A program made the position numbers and the translations under genes. Source: Phyllosticta citribraziliensis (Eukaryota). Taken from it: DNA of 64,000 nt. This document shows positions 46,670 to 57,545 of the stretch, in pieces (position 1 is the first letter of the stretch; each line of letters starts with the position of its first letter). The stretch lies in the NCBI RefSeq assembly GCF_038025025.1, contig NW_027117346.1, positions 1 through 64,000 of the forward strand, in the 5' to 3' direction. The notes under the pieces are model-generated. The model saw nothing but the letters and a program-made list of their open reading frames with translations. It was not told where the DNA came from and ran no database searches.

Positions 46670-49600
46670 AACGACTTCTTCCTCATGAATCGGGGGGCAT
46701 TTGAAAATATCAACGAGGACGAATGGGAAACCCTCATGAACGAATTCCAGACGGAGTTTTTTAGAGGCGGGTTAGTCGAGTAGTGGCAGCGTGACGTGGT
46801 CGGTTTCTCTTGCATTCTGACTTTTCTTCAGCTCGCTCACTTTATGGGGAAAGTGGCTTTGGGATTGGGCGCTGTCGTTCTTTGGTTTGGTTTGGTTTGT
46901 TTCTTGAATGACTTATTGGAGAGGAAGGGGTTTGGTGTGGAGGAGTACGCTTTTCGGATGCGGTTTTGGCGTCCTTGAAGTTATTTTATCAGACTGACTC
47001 TGTTGGCATCGAGTGGTCACGATGGTGCAGGCGGTCAGGGCATTATTGCGCTTTCTTGAACGACAATTGGAGCGCAGCAATTCCATTCTTCACAGAATGA
47101 CCAAGTAGTGAGCAGTATGATGCCTGAACCCTTTGGACCGGCTGTCGTGCTAAGTAGCCGGTACGTCATACATCACGGCCCTCTTTCAGGGAACATTGCA
47201 CAAGACTCGTGGAGCCGCGTCCAGCGGCGAGCAGCGCCTTTCTCAAGAAACTCGGCCATAGCCAAGAGAGCGGCTGCGGCGTATTCGCATCCCCAGTATC
47301 CATCCGAACTCGTGCACTTCCTCGCGAGCTCACTCCTCCCTCCACGCAAAGGCAGCCGCGTATCCGACTGGGCAGCGCATCGACACAACGACGACGCATC
47401 TAGACCGCGGCGGAGCTAACGGAGAAAAATGCAACGCAAGGCGGAGCTGAAAAAAATAGGACACTGCCTCCAGAGCAAGCCCGGCTGAGCGGCAGCGCCA
47501 ACATGAATCAGCGGCTGGCTGGCTGGCTGCTGAACCCTTTTTGGCGCGCGCGGGATCGGTCTGGGACGCACCCTGCACGCGGTTCCGCGGAAAACAGAGA
47601 TCGACGCGGGAGACGAACGACGAGAAAAACAATGTCGAGCAGGGTGTGTATGTGTATGTGGGTGTCTTGAGTCAGAGGCTGTCTTTGATAATGGTTGATA
47701 ATGCTCAGCGGCCACCATTGGAGGAAAGTGTTTGCCGCGAACTGGTTCAAAAAGGGTAGGCCACGACAGTATAGGCGGCTGATGTTGGCCAAGTTTCGCC
47801 GCTTTGGGGCAAATGCTAAGACGTCTGGTCAAGTGCGGGTGCTTGGCGACGACGGCTTGCGTGGGACGGGACTCGGAAAGGAAAGGCTGCAGAGAGGCAA
47901 GTCGGGAATTCCGGTCTGTCGAGATTGAGTTTGTTGGACTTGCGCGCAGTGTTTGTTTGAAGGACAAAGCAAGTAGGCTTTGCAAAACGAAGGCGAATTA
48001 TCAAGAGTACTCCAAGAATCTAGAGACGAACGAGGGCATGTTGGAAAGTGTACTTTCCAGACAGTCTGGAGTAGGAGCATGTATCTTTAGGCAATTACAC
48101 TTCGTGGATTATGGGCAATTGAAAATGCAGTGAAGCCTTTGTCAAACAGATGCCCGAGACTTACTGAGATTTGAAAGCAGACCGCTTGCAGAAGACCAAG
48201 AAAGAATTCCAAATCTCCAAAGGTGAAGCCCAGGAAGACATCTGCAATAGTCATGATGCTGGCGAATGTGCTTCGATGACGCACGGAACAGCCACATCCG
48301 ATGCGTTGCCTGTGGAAGAGAGCTCATTGGTCGACTGCAGTGTTAATGCTCTGCCAATGCCTATAATGCAGAGTAAGCTGAACCAAGCGCATAAATCTTT
48401 CAGGATTCTGCTTTCAGCACTCTGCTGAACAGAGCTTTTGTAAGCAAGATGCTGGTCCATCCCTGCCCACTGTTCCTTGCGCATATTGGACTGCATGAAC
48501 TAGATGGAATCAGCGGTCATGCCCGCAACCTTCGTGTTCGTTTCGACTTCGCAACAATGCCCCACGTCGGCGAGTTCCATGACGATCGAACGGCGGTTTT
48601 CTTCGTATTGGTGTGGGGGCTCAAGAACGGTTCCTGTCGCCCGCATCTTGAGCTTGTCCATCAGTGGATGAGAGGCCCAAGGAGCGCAGAGCGAAGAACG
48701 GCCCCACTGAGAGATGCAGATTTTGGGTTGACCCGTTTCCTCCGGCTTGGGCAGCCAATGGAATACTGGCTGCAAGTCCCTGTGGCTCGGTGCGGGCAAT
48801 GGATGTCTGACTTTGGATACCCGGTAAGGATGCGGACGCCTCGATATGCACCTGTCGACTCGTGCAGCCGGGCAGCGAAAGGCCGATGGTATGCGCGCAT
48901 CATTTCGGACTTGACCCTGGTCACTCCCCCGCCATGTCTCGAGGTAGTGCTGATGGCGTGTCCGCGTGCTGGATGTGGGTGTAGTGGTGGGGGTTTTCAG
49001 TCGGACCAAGTGGCATGGTCCCAAGACCAACCCAGCAACGTTGCGGTCATCTGTGCCAATGGAGGTGATTCGGCGTGCCGTCATGCCCCAGGACCGTCAG
49101 CTCGGCCAAGCCCAAATGCAACAGAAGCTTCGATGAGGCTTTCTGGAACTGATCTGCTGCATCCAAGGACGCAAGCCGTATGCCACGCTGAGCGGCTCCC
49201 CGGCACCCTGACAGGTACTGCCGCCACTGCCGTCTTGATATCGCAACTCTTCCGCTCGCTTGGATATCAGCTATTCATGGGCGCTTCCAGAAGTCCAAGC
49301 TTACGCCCGTCCTGCCAGGTCCGGATGTTGTCCTTTCCTTTCATCCGTTTGCTTGCGGTGGGGCCGAGACGTTGATGAGCTGCTGGGAGCGGAGGCTTGG
49401 AAGAGGTTGGACACGAAGTGCCGGCCGGCTGTAACCGCAGCGCCGGTAGATCCAATCCATGGAGGCGAGGGTGCAGAGCACGCAGAGGTTCGTGATGCCG
49501 CAATAGTTGACGGAACTCAGAGCACGTCAAGACGTCGGTCGATGGGATGACGGGCGGGCAGAGCGAGAGTATGAGGCACCATTAGCTAAATTGTCCTAAG

Positions 49601-50495
49601 GTGGAATCGATTTACCCGTTTATCCGTTTTTGGGGTCGCTGGTGTTGAGAGTCTGGTCGGGTCTCACGCTCTGCAGGTGGTGGACTATTTTGCGCCCAAG
49701 GCCGAAGCGAACAGGCGTTTACCAACCAACCCCTCTCCACACGGCGGAAATTTCCAACAACAAACCTCGTTGTATCAGATTGTGAGCGAACCAAACACCG
49801 CACAAGGCAAGAGACACATTCGAGATAAGAGCAAAAAGATAGGCCAACGGCGAGACGCGAAAGCTGGTCCCTCGGCCCGCTCCGAGCGTTCCTGACAGAC
49901 AGACAGTGAGGGCTCTACCTGGTTCGCCCAACACGTCACATTGCGTTCAGCCACAAGCTCCGCTCCCGAACAACAACAAGAAGCTTGTTCCAACTGCCGC
50001 CATCAATACGAAGTGGGGTCTTTGCAGGGTCATTGACATCTTCAGGGATGGAGCCTCGGTGCTTTCAATCGAGTCGCAGCCTGCCCGCAGGGCAAAACAT
50101 TGTCTGGAACGCCGTCCCGAATGCCCTTCGCTAGACGAATCACATCGCATATTTGCCATATGCGGCGGCTCCATTGTTTAGGCGCAGGAAAAGGTCGCTG
50201 CCGAGGCAGCACGCGCTGCGAGGCAAGAATGTGAACATTCAGCAAGTCCGAACAGCACACATCGCACCCTCGGACTTTTGATATCGCTCGACGTGGGTCT
50301 AACAGTTGGATAGGAAGCTGCGGACGGCTATCGCCTGCGGAAACGGATCTTGAGGACGAATTCAGGACATGACCAAATAACCCGACGCTTCTCGAATTTT
50401 CCAAGGAACATCGACGCCGCGCAAAAACACTGAGACTGCTGAGGATATCTCCGATTTCTAGGCCAAGAAACAATCGACATGGAGCTCGTCCTGCT

Positions 50496-52620
50496 TCAAC
50501 CGACAATCGCGTGCCAAAACCGTTTTGCCCATCCCAAGGCGCCCTTGGCCTTGGGCTTGGGATTGCGCTCTGCCTCCTCACGCTCGCGCCTTTCAATCTC
50601 ATCGAAGTGGAAGGCCTCGGTGAAGTCCATGTCCTCCGGCCTGACAATCTTCGTCTTGTACCACCATTTGTAAGCAAAGTAGTCGATGACGAAGAGGGGG
50701 GCGGCAATGTAGGTCGCAAAGAAGTTCTCGGCGGATGGCTTTGCGTCGAAGGGCCAGATTGCCAAGTAGAATTCGGCTGCCATGATCAAAAAGATGACCA
50801 GAATGCCGATGTACTGCGACCAGGGAGCAAACACGTCGTAGAATGGGAGCGACTTTGCAGGAATGCCCTGGGCTTTGAGACCCTTGCGGAACCGAATGTG
50901 CATCCAGTAAATGGTTCCCCACTGGAGAAAGCCGCTGATTCCTACCTATTTTTTGAATCAGCATGCTTTCCTTATTGTCTGAAGAAGGAGGAGAGCTAAG
51001 AGGTTTGCCTTACCAGAGAAGAGAACCAGTTGTACACTTCTGCGGCCGTGTTGTTACAGTTCAAGTAGCACAAGCCACCCCCGAGGACCATGCTAACTAC
51101 CATGGCCACATAAGGCCGGCCCTGGCTGTCTTTCTTGCCAAAGACTGGATGGATCCAGTTCAAGTCCGACAGAGCGCAGAGGGTGCGGGACGCAATGTAC
51201 GCGGAGGTAATACCGCACGAGATGACGGTAATAAGAATGAATGCATTCAGAGCGTGCGCAAGTCCATACAGGTTGGAATGTCTCACGGCGAGGACGAAGG
51301 GCGAGGCCATGGTGCCGGACTCGTTGATCAAGTTTGGCTCGTTGTACGGGATGCACATGCCAACCAGCCCTACTGAATGTTAGTGGAGTGGTCCTGGAAC
51401 AGCTCAAAGCCAACTCACAGATATTGACGACGAAAAAGGTAAACATCCTCCAGAAGAGCGGTCTCACAGATCTCTTGACCGTTTCGCGAGGGTCTTTTGC
51501 TTCGCCAGCCATGACGGCAATGTGCTCACCTACAACACAGGTCAGTAATGCTTTCAGGCGGCGGAAATTACATGGTCTTACCTCCTCCGAACGAGAATCC
51601 GGCTTGCACAAAAGCTGCCGCAATTCCTTTGATGCCGCCTACAAAGGCTCCTGGGTCCCTCCAGTATCGGAATTCAATCGGTCCTCCCGTAGCCTTGATG
51701 CCGCCGCTTGTCATCACTACCATGAAGAAGATGATGGCAACAAGGGCAAGGCACTTGAGGAAGGAGAACCAGAATTCGACCTCGCCATACAGCTTCACCG
51801 GCCAGTAGTTTATAAACGCGATGATGATCAGGAAGATGGTGATCCACACTGCTATCCCGACCTTGTACGAAGTTTCCCAGTAGTGCAGTACGGATATGCA
51901 GGCAGTGATCTGGAAAATGGTCAGTGACAGTCCTCAATGGCACAAAATGGTGTCGCTTTACCTCGGCAGGTATAATCATTACCCACTGCAAAAAATGTCA
52001 GTTCACCATCCGCTCAGCCACCGGGCAGGAACTCACGTTGAACCAGAAATTGATACCAATGGCGAAGCCCAGAGCCGGGTCGACGTAATCACCGGCTTGG
52101 CGGGTAAAGCCGCCGTGGACAGGCTTGTACGCCGTCATCTCACCAATAGACATGTACATGAGGTACACGATCCATCTTGTCCGCTGTTAGTCATCCAACA
52201 TGGATTTTCCAGGGGACCAGACTCACGCCATAATCGTATAGGAGACGGCGATTCCGCCGGGCCCAGCTTTTCTCAGTCAGCATTTTCCCGGTGCTTCAAG
52301 GTGGATCCAACGCTCACCTTTGGCCAAGGCGCTACCAGTGCCAACCCATAAGCCCGTGCCAATTCCAGCGCCTGATATTGTTAGCCACAGAGCCGTATAA
52401 AAGGCTGGCTGGGGACCTTACCAAAAGCCATCATCATAATTTGTCTTCTCTTCAGTGACCGTGCATAGCCGACCTCTTGGAACGGCTGTACGGAGCCAAC
52501 GCCAGAATCTGAGGTGACTTGTGAGGCCTCGACTGCCACATCCTTGATCTCAAGGTCTGCAGACACGTTTTGGTGAGTTGGAAGTGGAGCTTTGAGCTCC
52601 GTGACACCGGGTTGTGCCAT
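50496..52620 (-). CDS. Amino acid permease (APC superfamily, YAT family), multi-intron
   Basis: RSLKRRQIMMMAF|GAGIGTGLWVGTG...GPGG, YVDPALGFAIG, YGEVEFWFS, FRYWRDPGAF, AGFSFGG|EHIAVMAGEAKDP, ASPFV and HIRFRKGLKAQG. Confidence 0.92.
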
Positions 52621-53254
52621 TTCTGACGAAGATGGCAGCGTCTCAGGGAACAAAAATCGAAGAAAGCGATGTTGTGAGGACCCAAGTTGGCGAGTCCGTC
52701 AACGGTGAGGGATATGGACATTCATCTACGATTTTTACTATCTGCTAATCTTTAAGTTTTTGCCTGATTAAGCTTCCAAGGTTGATGCAGCTAGCCTTCT
52801 GACCTCGACAACAACAACCATCCAGAAGCCATTGGCCTTATCGGATGCTTTGGATCTCGCAAACAATCGGTTGCTTTGCTCTCTGGACTCCCACCTTTTC
52901 TTCGAAAATCATCAATCTCCTTGCGGACGCGAGGTGTCGGTAAACCTTATCTGCAACCGAATCCCTGTCTTGTCAGTCGGACGACGACGTGCCGAGCGAC
53001 GCAGCCGCCGGACATGAGCGACACGTATCCAGAGGACGGAAAGGGCTCCAGAATTGGACAGAGGTGAGGGGAAGCTTGCATCTCGAAGGGTGACAGGCAT
53101 GCGAGCTGCACGCTTGAAGCGATGTCGGAGATGTCACTAGCTATGACTGTTCTTTCGACTTTTTTTGTATCACTACAACTTCAACTTTCTCCAATTCCAG
53201 CAACACAACCACATTGGAACCTCTGAACCGACCAAAACACATTCTGCAATCCCA

Positions 53255-54034
53255 ATGGCTGGTACAACCAAGAAGCACGTCGTTTTCGACGTTGTCGGCA
53301 CCTGCGTCTCGTACCAGGTCTGGTTTGACGCCATTGCTTCGCACCTGGGCCCCCGCTTCGCCGAGTACGGCATCAAACCTCAACTCTTCGCATTTGCATG
53401 GATGGAAGCTGCGGAGCGCGAGTACACCTACCTCTCGCTGAGCGGTCGCTACAAGGTGTTTTCCGACGTCCAGGGCGCACTGTTCTACCGCATGCTCTAC
53501 CAAGCCGGCATTCCCGAGCCGCGCAAGTTTGCAACAGACGCAGACCTTAAGGTGGTCATGGACGCGTACGACCGATTGGAGATGCGCCCCGGCATTCACG
53601 AGACATTCAAAAAGCTGAGGGACGCCGGATTCGAGGTTTGGGCCTTGACTGCGGGAGACAAGCGGAGAGTGGGGGGCTACTTCAAAGCGGCGGGGTTGGA
53701 GTTGCCAGAGGCCAATCTTCTCAGCTGCGATCAAAGCGGAATTGGCAAGCCGGACCCTAAGGCATATGAGCCAGCGTTGAAGATGCTGGGCGAGGGAGAG
53801 AAATGGTTCGCGGCGGCACACATGTGGGATGTCTCTGCTGCCAGGACAGTTGGGTAAGAAGGCCTTGGGAAAACGCGTTTGCACCCTTTGCTAACAGTTC
53901 GCGTGATCAGGTTCAAGGGCGCATACACCAGCGTTTGGGAGAAGGAGCCTTGTACCGAAATCTTTGGAGAAATGGACGTGATGGCAGAGACGCCGGTAGA
54001 GATGGCGGAGAAAATAATCGCGGCAACGTCATAG
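53255..54034 (+). CDS. HAD-superfamily hydrolase, haloacid dehalogenase type II-like (intron about 53854-53910)
   Basis: Motif I VVFDVVGT, GKPDPKAY, and WFAAAHMWDVSAARTVG|FKGAY. Confidence 0.9.
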
Positions 54035-54621
54035 GCAAACCGAGTCGTTGATGCGTTGGCTCGATAGGTGTTGCAGACCTTCGCCTAGATTACCTGATTG
54101 AGCCTAGAGGGACGCAGCGCAAACAAGCCCCCTTCTGCTCTCTTCAACAACGAATCGACCTTCAGTTTCCTGCATGACAATTATTCTGCCGTGCCACCAG
54201 AGCTTCGTGGAGCTCCAACAAAATGGCCATAGCTCCTTGCCCAATCTGTCAATGGACCCTATCGACTGGCCCTGGTCGCGATTCTCCGAGCCCACGCGCC
54301 GTTTTCCGGCTTGATACGATGCGGCCCGCAGTGATAGCCCCGCGTCGCCACGGCCTTGAGGACTGGAAATGAACGTCTGCCAACTCGCCGACGCAGTCTC
54401 ACACAGCATGGGTCTAAAAATGCAGCAAAACGGAAGCAGTTTTGCGTATCTCGCAGACGCCGATGTCGGGTCTGAGTCGAACCATCTCATGTACGGATCA
54501 TCAACTTGCTGATTGCATCCAAACATTTTGTATGGTCTTATTTTAGACCTACATCGTCACTCTTTTTATATTTCACGGCCAAATACTCTGTTTCTGTCTA
54601 CGACGTCAACATCATAGCATC

Positions 54622-56284
54622 ATGAGCCAAATACTACAAGCCCGCGACCGCCTCGAGCAGGTTTCCAACAATCTTGCGCCGTCCGAGTCTTCAGCGTCCC
54701 CAGACCATGCGCCGTACCCGTACCCCGTTCCCAACCCCACGGCGCCCTTTTGGCGCACCGAGCTCCATGAGCTCGACAGCCATCGCAGCACAGCCGAGCT
54801 GCCCGCTGAGACCGATGTCTTGATCATCGGGGCCGGCTTCTCAGGAGCCGCCATGGCATATCACCTCCTGGACGAGAACCCCTCTCCGCCGTCGATATGC
54901 ATCTTGGAAGCTCGCGAGGCGTGTTCAGGAGCTACAGGCCGAAACGGCAAGTCAACATGACGAGCTGCTCCCTCCTCTATCAACGCAGATAGGCAGATAG
55001 GCAAGACAGCTAACCAGCTCCGCAGGCGGCCATCTCAAGCCCGACGTCTATTTCCAAGTGCCAAAGTACACGGCGCTGTTTGGGGCCGAAGCGGCAAACG
55101 AGGTGGCGGCGTTCGAGTCGTCGCAGGTCTACGCCGTCAAGGAGCTGGTCGAGAAGGAGCAGATTGACTGCGAGTTCACGCTGACGCGCGCCGTCGACGT
55201 GTGTCTCGACGCCGACCATGCCGCCAAGTGCAAGGCCGAGTTCATGGAGCTGCGCCGCCGCAACGTGCCCAGCGTGCGCGACGTCTTCTTCGCCGAAGGC
55301 AAGACGGCCGAAGACATCAGCGGCGTCAAGGGCGCCAAGGCCGCGTTCACATTCACCGCCGGCCACGTCTGGTTCGTAGCTCTTGACCCCTGGCTTACCC
55401 CTGACGCGCCCCCCTTGTGCTGACCTCGCCTCCCGCCAGGCCGTACAAGCTCGTGCTGCACCTCCTCCAGCTCGCCGTCTCGCGCGGCGTCAACCTACAA
55501 ACGCACACGCCCGTCCTCTCCGTCTCGCCCGCGCAAGACGACGACGGGTACTGGGTAGCCAGCACACCACGGGGCAGCATCCGCGCGCGCAAAATCGTCT
55601 ACGCCACCAACGCGTACACAGCCTCGCTGGCGCCACAATACCGGGAGAAGATCGTGCCCGTCAAGGGCATCTGCAGCCGCATCGCCGTCCCGCCAAACAC
55701 CAACCGCCCGCCGCCCCTGCTGCCCAACACGTACAGCCTGCGGTACGCGCCGGGCATCTACGACTACCAGATCACGCGTAATGATGGCAGCATCGTGATT
55801 GGCGGCGCCAAGCCGTACTTCTGGGACGAGCCGCGCAACTGGTACGGCGTCACGGACGACGCGACGTTGATTGCGCCGGCGGTAAAGCATTTCGATGGGT
55901 ACATGCAGCGCAGCTTTCGCGGGTGGGAGGACAGCGGGGCCAAGCTGGATCGCGTGTGGACGGGCATCATGGGGGTATGCTCTCCTCTCCCCTTTTCCCT
56001 TAGTTCACTACACCCCTCCACAACGACACTGACGACGACGCCAACAGTACACGTCCGACCTCATGCCGCACATCGGCGGCGTGCCCAACAAGCCCAACCA
56101 GTTCATCATGGGCGGCTTCAACGGGCACGGCATGCCGCTCATCTGCCTGACGGCCAAGGGCCTGGCCAAGATGGTCCGCGACGGCGCCGCGTTCGAGGAT
56201 ACCGGCATCCCGCGCGTCTTCAAGACGACACAGGCCCGCCTTGATAGCGATGTCAATTTTATTTTGGAAAGTAAGCCGCAGTAG
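54622..56284 (+). CDS. FAD-dependent oxidoreductase (DAO family, PuuB/gamma-glutamylputrescine oxidase-like), 3 introns
   Basis: DVLIIGAGFSG, LEAREACSGATGRNG|GHLKPD, ATNAYT, WTGIMG|YTSDLMPHIG and GGFNGHGM. Confidence 0.92.
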
Positions 56285-57545
56285 GGGATGTGGTTGTGGT
56301 GACTGTGGAGGTGGGAGCGGGATTGGGGACTGGGGAGAGGTGAGGGAGGTGAGGACGGGAGGGAGAAGGAGGGAGAGGAAGCGTAGGGTGCAGTGAGATG
56401 GACGGACGGTTGGAGGTGCGGAGGGAGAGAGAGACAGCGTAAGACACGCAGGCAGATCTTGCGTCTGGTTCCTCCTCCTCCGCCACCTCCTCCTCCTCCT
56501 CCGCTACCACCTCCTCTATCGCCGAGCTAGCCAGCTAGACGGCGAGCAGATGACTACGTACCAGCCGTTCCGCTCCGCTACTGGAGTAGAGTGGAGTGGA
56601 ATGGAGGGTTGTATCAAGCAGAGCAATCCAGACCAAACCATCCAGACCAACATGCAAATCACACCGCATCATCCACCTTCGCCGCTACCTACCCATGTGC
56701 TGCAAAAGACGGGCAAAAAGCCACACACATGGTCAGCATCATCGGCGGGTAGCGACGGCATAAGCTCGCTCGCTCACTCACTTGCCTGCGCATCGCATGC
56801 CCGCTGCATAAAGGCGGGAAGCCAGCCAGCCAGTGCAGCAGCAACGGAAGCGCGGCCGAGCTGCAGCTAGCTGCATAGGTGGCTGTGTGTACCTTGTGTG
56901 CATGTACCCTGCCTGCTGCGGCGCGGCACTGCGCGGCCAGGCGCGGGCACATGATGTGCGCCCGCTGCTGCTACTACTATACTACTACCTACGTGCGTAC
57001 TCACTTACCTGCTAGACCAGTCTCGGATGTGTAAGTAGTGCAGGTAGGTCTTCTAGTGCACAGTGTGGTAGTGTGATATTATGGCAGTAGGAGGAGTAGT
57101 GTATGCTTCACCGCCCGGATGAGATGCCGCGCGCTGCTAGCTGCGAAATGCTAGCGGAGGCGTTACTGTCTGTCTGTCTGTCTGTCTGTTGTGGCGGTGT
57201 GGAAGATGAGAAGGAGGAGGATGATGAGGAGGAGGAGGAGATGGCTGAGATTCGACGTAGTTAACTGTCAGGCTTTCACGGGTTCTGTCCTGCTCTGCTC
57301 CAGAGGTTGGTAGTGGCAGTGGTAGTGCTCTTATTTTTCTCTTGTATAATACAATCGACAGCCAATGATTCGGCCGTCACAGGTCCATTCGTCTGTCCAG
57401 CCATGTCCTGCCCTACTGTTCATCTACCGTGATGCCGACCCTCCTGTATGATTGCATGCCCCTTCGGTGAATGTGTGTCGTGCGTGCGTGCGTGCGTGCA
57501 ATGAAAAGTGGTGGAAGAAACACGCCGTGTGGCTCCTGGCCGTCC

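Noticed and set aside
47100..50400. 308-aa ORF at 48449-49375 and neighbouring ORFs
   Set aside because: Non-ATG start, atypical composition and no domain signal; possibly decayed sequence.
37647..54034. The two dehalogenase-like genes as one organohalide cluster
   Set aside because: They are about 15 kb apart, separated by unrelated genes, and belong to different superfamilies.
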